From Schizochytrium sp. TIO01 (taxonomy: Eukaryota; Protista; Bigyra: Labyrinthulomycetes), in assembly GCA_004764695.1 (NCBI GenBank), contig SMSO01000025.1, positions 2,418,001 to 2,482,000 on the forward strand: a DNA stretch of 64,000 nt, in the 5' to 3' direction. The translations under genes and the position numbers were made by a program. The notes under the pieces were generated by a model, which was not told where the DNA came from, made no database searches, and saw only the letters and a program-made list of their open reading frames with translations. Below are positions 45,841 through 58,964 of this stretch, one piece after another; position 1 is the stretch's first letter, and every line of letters starts with the position of its first letter.

Positions 45841-46711
45841 ATAATAAAGGAACTGCGTTGAAATTTAGATGTGGCTCTGAGAAGCCACCACGAGGTTATT
45901 GGGCAGCCTGCTCGCCCAACCAGGGTTCTTTTTAGCTATAGTGCAGGAGGCTTGTGCTTTCCCGCCGGCTGCGCACTATACGCAATGCAAGAAGAACTTG
46001 GGGTGTGCTGCCAGTTCTGTGGGAACGCTTGACAAGACCATCACAAAGTCAAACAAACCAGGTAGCGGCGGCTAGCTTAGAGAGCGACCCGCCAGAACAC
46101 GAGGGCCCTGCTCAAGCTAGCACCCGAAACCAAACTCACTCTTGAAAGAGGATTGCTACCATGGCAGTAACATTGATGATGCGTTTGTGCAAGAACCCTG
46201 GAGAGTGCACGCAGCGAGAAATTACCATGACGCAATACTATGTTTATCACTATGTAAAATTTATAAGATATTAAAAAAGAAAGAAAGAAAAAAACACGAC
46301 GGATGCATTTAAAATAGTAGACCAATCAAAACTCAAAAATATATTGATTCCATTATTTCAAAGTCTTCAGCTTGAACGTCTACAAAAGTAATCTCAGCAA
46401 ATTATACTGCTAAGATGAAGATCCTATCAAGTTTCACCATGTGGAGCACATGCTGCAAGCAGCTTCCATATTACCATTAGTTAAAACATGACATATCCTA
46501 AATTTCTTTCAAAAATGAACTCTATGGGAGTTGCAAGTCTTGCTTTCAAACTATGATAGAAAATGCGACAGTAACGATTATCATAGAATGCCTGCACAAA
46601 AGAATCAAAGAGGAAGAACCAAGAAGGATCATTGAATAAAAAATATCAAGTTGATAAAAAAAAAATATCAAGTTGAGTTTGAAACAAGCTCCTATTTTCA
46701 GAACAATGTAT

Positions 46712-47539
46712 CTAAAGCTTGGACTCTTCAATAAAATAGTCAGGCTTATCTTTTGCTAAGGTGTTGCTTAAAATTTTCAGAGAGAGAGGGTCGTGCACAG
46801 CTGTCTTTGAGTACATTACGTTAATGCACTTAGCAAAGAGATCATCATCGTAAATGGCGCTTAGATGAACGCGTGCAACCTTTGATGCATCGAGTTTTTC
46901 CTTTGCCATACGTTGAAATGTCTTACCGCCACGCATAAAGTCCTTCTCGAAAAAAGTTCCAACTGCAGGAGTATCAACCAAGTTAGGGCAGACACAATTG
47001 ATACGAATGCCTTTTTTAGCTATGTTTTCAGAAGACAATGTAAACCCTACGACAGCCCATTTGGAGCCAGCATATGCTGGTGTATTCATTGTGGGGATTA
47101 TGCCTGCCATGGATGCAGTGTTTACAATGACTCCCTTCTTTCCAACAGCAAGTATCATCTCGGAAGCAATACATGAGCCGATAATCATGGCATTTGTGTT
47201 GATAGCAAGCATCTTTTGGACTTTGCCAAGATCTTCATCATACGCGACAATACCAGCATTGTGCGAAACAATCGTTGCTACCTCTCCAAAAATAATTTTG
47301 GCCTGCTCTAGTGCCCGCCTCACTTGCTCGATCTCACTCATATCAGCTCGCACAAACGCTGCACAGCCTCCATTTTTCGCTCCCTTTTCCACCTCTTTGA
47401 CAGCAGTCTGACCTTTGGTCTCATCGCAGACATCAACCATGACGACTTTGCCACCATCTGCTGCGAGTAATTTGCACAGCTCGAGACCAATACCTTGCGC
47501 AGCTCCCGACACCCAGCATACCTGACCTTGAACCTTCAT
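46712..47539 (-). CDS. Classical short-chain dehydrogenase/reductase (15-PGDH-like) with peroxisomal PTS1
   Basis: SGAAQGIG, acidic residue after beta-2 (VMVDV, suggesting NAD), HNAGI, NTASMAG, catalytic YAGSK, IRINCVCP; C-terminal SKL. ATG at 47539. Confidence 0.93.
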   Translation of the reverse strand: MKVQGQVCWVSGAAQGIGLELCKLLAADGGKVVMVDVCDETKGQTAVKEVEKGAKNGGCAAFVRADMSEIEQVRRALEQAKIIFGEVATIVSHNAGIVAYDEDLGKVQKMLAINTNAMIIGSCIASEMILAVGKKGVIVNTASMAGIIPTMNTPAYAGSKWAVVGFTLSSENIAKKGIRINCVCPNLVDTPAVGTFFEKDFMRGGKTFQRMAKEKLDASKVARVHLSAIYDDDLFAKCINVMYSKTAVHDPLSLKILSNTLAKDKPDYFIEESKL

Positions 47540-50500
47540 CTGCGCTGCCTTTTGCAATCAGTCTCACACACAACGAATGTCGAGCTCCTTCACGTTTCGG
47601 TTTGCTGCATCGGCGGAAACCTTGGTCATAAAGCCCTGTGGTATTTCCACATGCTCCTACTCTATAAGACAAACGTATAAGCGAAGCAGAATTCGTATCT
47701 TGGTCCCGCCACCACCTTTTCCAGTCCGCCACGTTCTGCCTCAGACGACCTTTTCTAATTTTACCCTCTCCAAACTCAAGTCCACAGCGAGGCCTTCTTG
47801 TACGAGGTATCCTCTGGAGGCTTTGCCCATGAGAACGTGCAGCACGTGGCTGTAACTGGGTGTACTCGGAAAGTTGTGATCGTAATGGGACGAACCTGAC
47901 TATCGCTTTGACCGCGGTAAGCATGAAGACACAGCTCACGCGAAAGCTTAGTCTGGAGTGCATCTGCCTACGAAGCGACAGTCGTGCAAGAAGTGCAAGT
48001 GGGTAGGACTGTAGCTTGCTTAGCACCCTAACTGTTGAACATCTTGTCGGTGCTTAAAGTTGAACTTGTGTTATTCTGAAAGGACCTCGATAAATAACGA
48101 GGTTCTTTACCAATATTGGGAATCATTGATAAATGGTCTTACTGAAGGAAAGGGATTGATAGGATAACCTCTCACTAGTGCGAGAGACCGAGAAGCAGCA
48201 AACCTGACCATGGCTCGTCTGAGTGAAAGATGAGAGGCTTCCAGCTTTTTCAACCTGAAGCATAGCCTGTTTTCTCAAATGGTAATCTGTATTTAATATT
48301 TTGTCAGGGTCCATAGTACATAATGTTATGATGGTTATTTGTGAATAACAAGGGAAATCGTGTTCGTGATGATACAATTAGAAGACTTCCTTGGGTGCGC
48401 TGATTCGCCGAACTTGGCTAGATACCTGAACAGCTGTTCGCACTTCACAAAGACATTCAAACCAGTCGAGAATAAACTCTTCTAGCGAATTATAGTAGGA
48501 CCACAATAGAACTTCATGATTTACAAGAGAGGAATTGGGGGACTAGAGATGCTAGATTATGTCTCTCGTGGCTTCAAGCATTGATGTCTATTACATGTTG
48601 CATGATTTTGCTAAGCTCTACCTATCTATAAAGACATTCTCCTAGATAGGAATTGGGTTCAGTTGAGAGCCTCGATATAAGTGAATGAGCAAATGAGATT
48701 ATTGTGTTTTGAACGTCATAGTTGGTTCAATGGCAACTTAGTACAATCAAAGATGAGTGTGTTTAAGTACAACCAAAGCTGCACTAAAATATATGGATAT
48801 TTATTGCCTTAAAGCTGTCAGAAGAACAATTACACTTCTTAAAGATAGATTATTGTTGCGAGAGATTTCTACCGTTACCTCGCATAAATACATTTGGGTA
48901 ATTGCTTTTAAGCTTTACTTATTTTACTGATGTTTGAATAATACCCATGCATCGTATTGTTGTACAGCCCCAATTTGGCCTGATTTTCGGCAGTATTTAT
49001 ATGGATACGACCGCTGAAAGATGAGCCTGGCCAGCTAGAGGTTGATACTAAAGATGGAGGTTCTTAAAAGTTCTTGGAATTTAATTCTAAGGCAGACTAA
49101 TGCTTGTTATAATTATGGAATAAGAAATATTTTAACTGTGCAAGACATAATTGAGGAATTTAGGTCAACTTGTCTCTTCAACCATTAACTTGCATTCCAC
49201 AATACTTGCTTCTAAGGAATATGAATGCATACTTTGGGTTCATGGTTTCTCCATCACACAAGTTTGGTTGTCTCGTTCTATCCCTATGTAAGTCCTAAAT
49301 CATCGAGGTATTTGAATGGAACCCATAGAACTCTTGCCATATATTGTCCAGTAGTTCCGTTGATTGGAGATTTCAGTAATGACCTTGAGTATGGAATGCT
49401 CACGTTAGAAAACGAGGTGCAAGGCTTATCGGTACTTCGTCATGCACGTCAAATAAATAAAACTGAACCTCCAAGTTTTCAACGTATTGCAAAATCAGCA
49501 ACGATGTGAGACGTGTTGCCATCCTGCACCTTCAGAAGACCCAAATTTCTGCCACTATGCCCTGATTCTTCTGGCAACGGCTTTTGCACCAGAGACCTAT
49601 AGCCTGAGGAAGATCGCTGCTTGTGAAACTTTCGACCTGGCTAATGGCGTTCCATAACACTTCGGGCGGAGAGCTATCCAGAACTTTCCATTACTCAAAG
49701 TACAAACGGGTATGTACTTACAAGGGACGTTAATAACGGCATTTACCTACCATTGACCAGTCTTTACTCAATCTATCTCATTCGCTGCCTTCTTGCCCAT
49801 CATTTTTACTAGCTGCTATCTATTTTCCAAGATTTCTTCATCAGTGCACTGCACCTGATGCGGGAAGCCTAAAAAGAGGTTTTCCAGCAGATTTGGAAAG
49901 GAATCTTTCTTGCGCCTGTTGGTGGATCGAGTGGTGCCCAAACCTGATCTTGTAGACGTCCGACTTTGTCCCAGCTACCAAGAATGAATCAATCACAGGC
50001 AGCAGAAGTGTATATTTGCAATCATCGTTTATGATCCAAACTTCTGTCGCAAACATTGTATCAGCGGCCCTCTCCACCCTTCGGCTCCCAGGTCCGTAAC
50101 CAAATTGAGAAAGTCAAAATGTCTGGTAAGCCATCGGCTTGAGCTCGCAGTGTTCGCAGACCTACTGCAATACAATTATCTCAATTAGCTCGGACAAGCC
50201 GCCTGATGTTATGGCCGTCTTAATGCACTGTCGAACGTGGCAGAACCCATATAAATTTATGATCCGCAAAGACGAAAGAGCGGCAGAGTTGGGGTCGCGG
50301 AAGACCGCATATTCCCACAGTAGAAGCGAAACTCGTCACAATATGCAACAGAGCCATTCGTCCAATCCTGTCTGGCTGCAATTGGGTTAAGAGACCATCT
50401 TCGAGTTAATCTTTCCTTCTGATTCATTTCATCTGCAACGGCTTCTTTTCTTTTCATGTGGAAACTGCCCATTGGCTGAGCCCCATCCCAGTCAGTCAAT

Positions 50501-53500
50501 CAGTCGGTCCTCTTGTTCAAAAGGGTTCTACAGAATATGTGCACGAGTGTGAGTCGATATTCGCAGAGCTCGACGCTGTCGAAATACCCACCCTCCAAAC
50601 CAGTCGCCTGAGCCCGAGTCCATGGCAAGGGACGACACCCTTCCGCTCTTCACAAACTTGCTTAGAAAGCTCGAGCTCCAGCGTTAACTCGTTTCATCAG
50701 AAGAGGAGAAATAAACCGGAGACAACAAAGCCTTCGTCTTGGACGAGGATTTAGAACAAGTGTATTCTCGCATGTGCAAAGACCAAGAAGCCAGCTCTGT
50801 TGTCCGGACAATTCCTTTGCGTGCGACGTTAAATTCAAGGTTGATCTTCAGAGGTACGAAATGGTCGTACGCCGCATCGTTTGTACCTTACAGTCAGTAC
50901 TTTATGTCCTACCGTCTTGATAATATAGTAACAAGATCTTTGAATCGCTCAAGGGAGACAATTGCTGTTGCAATGAGCGTCAAATGGTCTCTTAGTATAG
51001 ATGAGGAACGTGTCCCTAGAGTTAGATTGAAGCCAATAAGAATCGCAAAACTTAAGTATAAATCATTGATTAAGATCTAGAGACTATATCGGATTCAACT
51101 GGTGGAGCTCTCCAACCTAGTTACTACAGTATCCATTCATAGGTACTAAATTGGTCAAGGCCGGTGTTGATCTATTCAGAGCGAAATCATGAGATGTCCC
51201 TGGCACTTTGCGTAAACACGCATTTTTCTTTCCCCAGGCCCTTCAAGTTGTGTGACTGCGCACGACTGTTTCCTTTCCTAGGAAATTGCCATCTATCTCT
51301 TTTGCTTCCCCCCCCTTTTTATAATGAAAAATAAAAGAGAAAGAAAAAAGAGCAAACCGGGAAAGGAGCGCGTGCACCCTTTTTGTATTTTTTTTACTCT
51401 GTGCCTTGGTCCTTTCTTTGAAGAAAACCAAAACCAATAAAACATCATGTAGATTTGCTAAGAGAAGACCAAAAATGAGCGCCTCCCGGCATAGTAATCT
51501 CAATCATACACCACTCAAAATTTACATCAGTAGTATAGTAACATACAATCTTCTGCATTTTTTATATTTTTTTGATATAATGTTATCGAAAATCAATCTC
51601 AACATGATGGTGTGATACTTCCCTTATGCAGCGTGGTACTACGTACTCTTTGCATACATACAGCATATATGTTGTGGCGTAAAAGGGTAGAGAAATGTTC
51701 TGACTGCGACAATTTACAGTGGATTTATTCTTGAGGTCTTATGTACTACCAGAGAAGAAACAACAGAACAACTAGCTGATTTTAATAAACTTCGAATCCT
51801 AAAATTTGCATAGTTCTTCTAATTGCAAACGATTTAGGTGGTGACAAGCTGACAATGTCTCAATGTGCAAATGCTTTGATCTTGTAATACTTGCTTTACA
51901 AATAATTCTATTTTGTTCTACAAGATAAATTATCTAAATAAAAATACACAACCTAAAGTTAAAACTATCATGCATGAGTCGGAGTTTGGCAGGTTTGCCC
52001 TGACCTTTAATCTCCGAGTCGCTCTGCACAAACATATATGAAAACCCTCGCATTGTTGTCTTCTAAGTTTCATGACCTTCCTTCATTTTTACATAATAGA
52101 AGCGATAACCCGAAAGAATGCCTAAGCAAGCATACATTTCCGCAGCCACCCATCATAACGGCACTGGTATTTCCACTGGCCATCAACCATTGCAGCAACA
52201 ATTCGCTGGAGTGTAAGTCCTCAATTCCATGCTATGCCAGTAATGAGCACGGCAGCCTAACATCAGTTCAGCGGACAGAGACTAAGAAATAATTCAAAGT
52301 TTTTGCGCAAGTTCCTAATCTCCACTTCAAAAGGGAGGAGGAGACGCCTGCAAAGAGTCCCTTTCTTCTTCCAGCGAGAAATAAGAAAGCACAAGTGGTT
52401 TTCTCGACGGCGTCTGGAGAGGTGTTGTTTTCCCAGTTTCATTTTGCACAAGGCCACGTGTTGTAGTTACTAAGTTTGCCAGACCAATACTCAGTGCTCT
52501 CATCGATTGCCTCTCCCATATCCCTCTGTGCTAAAGCGGACTCTCGCAATTGAACGCCCCCCTTTCTTCTCTAGTTGGTGAGATTTATGATTTAAAAGAA
52601 ACAATGATTAAAATTTTAGAAAGAACGAACTTTAATGAGAAACAAAAGAAGAAATGTTGCATATAAAACAAATACTTTTTCTCTCTCCCCTTCTGTTTTC
52701 AATTTTCCATCTTACAAAAGTTTTTTATTTATTTATTAAATAACAATATTGAAAACAACAGTAACAACAATAATTAGGCATAAATAATCAAAGCAAGCAC
52801 CCAACTACAACTAATGATAGATTACCATACCAGATATGACAACCTCTGAAAATGTAAGCGTGTGCGGCAAACAAGTTCTCTGCTGATATAGATAGATGCT
52901 CGCAGACGTTGCGTGCTCAATCTGCGAATTCATAATGAACTGTATTCATCTGCCGGATTGCACTGGGGTTGGGCCTTTCGCTAAAAGATGGCATGTGCCA
53001 CCTAGTAGCACTAAGGGGGGACGTGAGGGGCCTTCCAAGACGATCCCAACGCAAAATCATTGCAAACCGCTCTCTCGATAACTAGCCTTTGCTCCTTCTT
53101 TGCAGCAGTTTGCATCAGTTTCTAACTAGTTGGCTTTCGAGCTCGTGCAAAGTTTTGAGTCCAAAAAGCGCCTCTTGTGCGTGTGACTGATTGAAAGTGC
53201 TCAATGACTCAGGTACCGATTGGAGGAGATAGGGATCTTAATGAAATGAGATAGAAATAGCAGATGCATTGTAGATTTTAATTCGTCTCTAGATTGTGAG
53301 GATACGAAACAGACGGACGACAATAGACGATAAGCTAAGAGACAGGCTATTCTTTCGTCGATTGCTCCTCAAGTGTGGAAATGAGACAGTGGTTCATACC
53401 TTTTAGCTTGCACTGACGTTTTGCAAGGAGAATATGGCAATGTTGATATTGCTTTAGCCTGAGATCTTCGTTTTAATTCACACAATATTTAATCCTTGAA

Positions 53501-56500
53501 AAATAAGCACTGCCAGCAAAACAAATAAACAAATAAATAAATATAAAATTAAAAAGAAAAACAGGAATTAATAAGTTTAAATAAAAGTAAAGTAAAGTAA
53601 AGTAAAGCGGCAAGAACAACATTCATAATTTGGACCCAACCGTGGCTGTGCTCTCTTCCGGCTGCACATCTAAACCTCATTGCGCCACCACGATTAGTCA
53701 CTAAAGCATTGAAGTACGTTACCTACGAAGGAGTCGCGCATCAGTTGACCTTATCCTTTGTATTTTGTAAAAGTAAAAATACAAAAAACAAACAAAACTA
53801 GCAACTTTATCTACTACGACACACATATACCATCTAGTAGTTATTTTTTTACTTTGTTTCAAAGTGCACACCTTAGGAGAATGAACCAGACTCCATGAAC
53901 TTTGCCACGAACAGAATTAAGGCTATCACCGTCCTATTCACCTGTCAGCGCAGCAGTTAAATAGTAACGATTGCCCCAGCTTCAGCACAAGAGCGAAGGA
54001 AAGGATTGGCTACTAGTAAGGACCCTGGATTTGATAGTCCAACCTTTCGAAGGTAAATTTCTTTTCATTCATGCTTTTTCCCTCAATCCACTGCTTGATC
54101 AGATGCCAAGAAAAACTAGCTAACTTCTCGACAGGGAAAGCCTAATACTTAAGCTGGTGTGTTTATAATGTATCGTATCGTATCATAGTACTCTACCAAA
54201 GTTAAGTTCTTCATCCCATACTAAATGGCTTGTGAATAGCGCTGTTTAATTTTCATTTCTACCGATTGTTTTTATTTGAAAGAAAAATGAATTAGAAAAA
54301 TCGAAGCTTGTACACTTACGATTCCTGGCATGTATTTGATCTCCGTCGGCGTCGGCGCCGCTCACTTTCACGTGTCTCCGACCCGATTTCTCTCTGCAGC
54401 ACGGTGTTCTCAAGCTTCTCGCGTACCAGCTTGAAGTACAAGATGTGATCGCTTTATGGGAAAGCAAACTAAAATTCGCCACAGTGACTTGCAAAGCAGA
54501 AGCTATACAGGAGCTCTTACTTATTCGCCAAGGAAGGGAGCGGCGCATGCGCCCAAACGTCGGGAAGAATCGAAGATCGATCGAATGTCTTCAACGCAAT
54601 TCCCATTCAAACTGTTGAAAGACATTTCTTTCTGCGTCCCTTAAGCATTCAGTCACTGCATTGGCACGGCTTTGTAGATTTTAGGTTATCACAGTTCGTT
54701 GTTCCGAGTCCACAATGGATTAAAAACAACCTTCTCAGCATTTTTTAGAACTCTTTTTTTAATTTTAAAAATAAATGACGAACGAATAATAATAATCCTT
54801 GCCCTTCTTTCAAACCAACTGAGTGACCAATTCAAAGATTGTACAGTTCCAGGACTGGCAGAATCTGAGTAGGTTAAGACCGCCTCTTCATGACGCAAGT
54901 CTTGCGGGTACGATATCTACTTTCACAAGCACTATCTATCACCTCAGATCTCAACTATCGGCATTCGATCTGCAAGTTTCTTCTTTCTTCAAGTTCTTTC
55001 TTTGCCTGGCATCACTATTTCCTAAATAAACAACTTTTTCTTTTCTTTTTATTATTGATCTTTTTTTAAAGTGCAGTCCTACCAGTGCCTAATAGTACCA
55101 CTATGTAGTTGCAAGTGACGGCTCGCGATCCATCTGCGAGACCGGGCGGCTCCCGGGCGACCCCTTGCATTCATCCTAGTGTTTGTATATGGGGGCACAC
55201 ACTAGCACTACGGGCTGCACGTGCGCGGCGCTTTGTTCGGAGCGCGTCGATCCAAACTCGTGCAAGTATTACCTGAGAAGAGGAACGAATAGAATCTATT
55301 GATGGTTCTGAGAAAGGTCCTGTGAGATAGCACATCTCAAGGTCTCCCGAGTTCACTTTGCATTCTTGTTGTAGAAAGTAAGGGGTAGGTACCTGGATAC
55401 CTCGTTTCTTTCTTTGTCAAGACTATCTATTGATCTATTTATCTGTCCTGAAGATCAGGGGAACGAAGAAGTAGAATGAGCCAGCTAAAGAAGGTGGCCT
55501 CACTCAACTCAAGGTTTGGCGCCTTTATGGCCGACTGATGCCGAGATGGCAGCCAGGGCGACGAATGCCTGCAAGAAATAAGCTGCGAGAGGACGAAGTT
55601 AAATGGGGTTGGTACCTCTTTCTCCTTTTTCTTGATCTATAATCAAAGTCTCGAGGTTTGATATGAGTTGCAAAGAAATTGCTATTCTCACAAATGGCAA
55701 ATGAGAGATTGTGCTTTGACTGACTAGTGAAAGTGCACAAATGATGAGGTAGCAGTGGAGCTTTTTCAGTCATGCTGAAATGTAGAGCACGCTATTCGTA
55801 TGCATCTTTTAAGGTGGGTAGAAGATCAAGTCAAAAAGGATCGACCTCCCTCTTCGTTCTTGACTTCATCAATGTCGCTCTCATAGTAATTGATCCATGA
55901 ATCTTTGACTTAAGACGATGGTGCTCAGTCGATTTAAGCCTGTATTCATTCAAAAGGTAAGCTCTTAATGCATTGTAGAGATAGCATGGAAACCACAGGG
56001 ACTATGCTTTGTCTTTTCAGAGGGGTTTCAAGATGGAAAAGGCCAACCATTATTTGCGCGGGCTGTTCTTAAAATTCGCAAAGCCTGTGTCTCGGAGCTG
56101 CCGTCAGAATAGCTTCGTGCCATTCCATAGGAAATGCTAATTTACATTGCAGTGTTTTGTCTTTTTTATCAAAGTTTGAGCATTCTTGATCGATTCATGC
56201 CAAAATTTATATATGAGAATGTGATCAACAATAAGTAAACTTTATTCAAGCGTGAGTTTAAGAAATTACTTCTAATCATCGATCAATTCCTCGTAAGCAC
56301 AGTGCAAGTGTACCTAGTAGCACCCTGAAAAGAAGGCAACTGTGCTGCCAATGACCACCCTTCACATTTGGCTTGACTACTTCTAAATATCGACTAGAAT
56401 ATAAATCAAGAGGTACCCGGGGACCTTTATGAACGTTTCACAGCGTCTTCAATCTTGGAGCTAAGCAACCAATCGTATGACGGAGCTTAAGCAGACTTGA

Positions 56501-57156
56501 TTCGAATATCACTTGCACAAACAAATCTGGGCTTCTTGAAAGATTGCAATTTCGAATGGAGTTATTTTTTTTTTTTTATTTTTTTTTAATCATTAATTAA
56601 CTAATTAATAGTAATTATGAAATCAGGTGTTTGCAAGCCTGGAAGTAACGACGACAAACAACGCTGAGCTGGGCGAGCTTTGTTTTGGGGACAATCGTTG
56701 TGGATGCACTCAGCGATCTTCGAGCTGTGCTGCACAATCAGCAGCCTGTAGGTACGTGGTTTATTCGCCGCACGTTGATCAAAGTCAGCTCGATGAAAAA
56801 GCTGGTCCACCCTTGCTGTAAGATTTTAAGAACCTTGGACTTGTGCTATATGCTGCTTGCGATCTTTTTCTCAACCTTCGTTTTAATCACAGTCTTGACG
56901 TTGGGATTGCTTGATATTGATCCTGACAGCAAAAAAGTGTATTACTGACATTGTAATCCAATGAATAAATAAATCGCGAGTCGTTTGACGATAAAGACAG
57001 TGAAAATTGCTGACGTAGTGGTACCTGGCTATGTGAATATATAAGCTCCGCTTTCATATTTTCGCTCTAAAACTTTTCATCTCGTTTCTTTATCAATAAT
57101 TTACTATAATAATCATAATAAAAGGAATAGAAATGAATATTTAACCTACCTACTAG

Positions 57157-57188
<32 letters not shown>
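57157..57188. repeat. Poly(A) tract
   Basis: About 32 consecutive A; another at ~41482-41502. Confidence 0.85.
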
Positions 57189-57190
<2 letters not shown>

Positions 57191-58964
57191 ACTTTGAAGA
57201 AGAAGCGGAACAAATAATTGTTTTGTTTTTTTAACATGGGAATTAAACCAACAAAAACAATATATTAATTAATAATATATTTATACAGAACTAGAAGAAG
57301 CATCCAAGGGCTGATCAATTCAAAAGAAAGCCTCGAAATAGCAAATCCGGATGGTTCAGATGTAATAGCTTTGCATGGAAATCGAAAGCACTGCTTATTC
57401 GACTAACTGCTGACTAACTAATTTGATAGCATCTAGTATCTTACTTTGAGTACTTACTTACTTACTTACCTAGTTGCCTATAGAAAGATCTCCGTGAACT
57501 TGGGCGGCGCCCGACCTTCAAGTGGAGCGTGTGCTATCTATGTATCATGTGTATATGTTTATCCCAAGAGAGCGAAGGTTATAAGATGTATCCGGCTTAG
57601 AGTCGACGTTTGCCAACTCAGAGGTTATGCGTGAGACAACGACAACGGTAGTGGGTAATAACAGATAGTCTTGAACGCCGGCATTGCTGGCATGCGAGAA
57701 AGCTTTTTAGTACCTACCTGCATGAATGAATTGAGTGAATTGGAGTAACAAACAAACAAACAAACAAACATCATGATACAAACTAAGAACTAATTCATAA
57801 ACCATCTAGGTACTGAGTAAATTATAACAATTATGATGAGTTAGTTTTAGTTTCGAAGAGTTTGGAAAGAGACCTCAGGAATGGAATCACCTTCACTGCA
57901 GAATAATGACAGAGCGAGCAAGACAGCAAGGCAGCAAGCACGCAGCACACTGGCATGGCATACACGGCAGTGGAGGCTGGAAAGGGTGGCGTTGGAGGAT
58001 GAACTATCGTGAAATGGTTTTCAACACGCAGGTTAAGTTGATCAACACGATCCTGCTTAGCTTGCTTGCGATTACACTATTTGATTTATGGAATGATGCA
58101 GCTTGTTCCAACAACATGAAAGAAGGATCCTTGAGCTTGAATGCAAAGGCTTTGTGATGAAGAAGGAGTCCAAACTGAAGAACAGTAATAGCCCATCCTT
58201 CAAAGAAGCAAACTAGGGAAGGCATGCCAAGCCATCAGAAGAAACACACGACCTCTCTTTCGTCGTATTCTCTAACATTGAAAGCATCGGCAAAGCCACG
58301 ACGGATTGTCCTTTTTCACCTCTCTTGTTAGTTTTATTTTTATTCTTTAGATTTTTTTAGAATTATTTTATACTTTTAATTAAAATTTTAAAACACTATA
58401 TGATAGTCAAAACTTGTGTTCCCAATATCATCTGAAGATGTAAACCAGCCTGCAGCAAATCCAAGGGAGAGATGAAACAGGGTGTTCTCACGATAGGGGA
58501 GCTGGAAAGAGTGAAAGAGGAATTCTTAGAGAAGAAATATCATCGGGAAAGGAAACATATATAGAGAGAAGTACTACCTTGCCAACTTATTATTTCATCC
58601 TTGAAGGGAAAAGTTATAAATGATGGAAGTAAATCATTTCAATTTAGAAAGCAAACACTTTTTCAGTAAAAAGAATTTAAGTTTGATAGGAGAAAGTTTT
58701 TAAAAGGGGGGCGGCAGTCAGGCGTAAGCAAAGCGCAAAAGCACGTGCAGCAGAATTCCAAATCCCGTGCGTGGCAATCAAACAAGGATCATCAGATCAT
58801 TAACAGCAGGAGTGCCGAGCGAAGTACGACGAAGGACGCATAGGGCGAAACAGCACCAGCTTGGGAGAGTAGGGACGTGTATCGCTCCGCTGGGGGGGGA
58901 GGCAAAGAGCGGACAACAGACGAAAAGAACTCTAGCCCGCTCTTGACTGGTGCCTGCTAGCACC

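Noticed and set aside
49841-50160. YTLLLPVIDSFLVAGTKSDVYKIR, faintly like the Ty1/copia RT 'LLLYVDDxLIAG' block
   Set aside because: The catalytic YVDD is absent, flanking RT/RNase H motifs cannot be recovered convincingly and no LTRs are seen; it would need a profile search.
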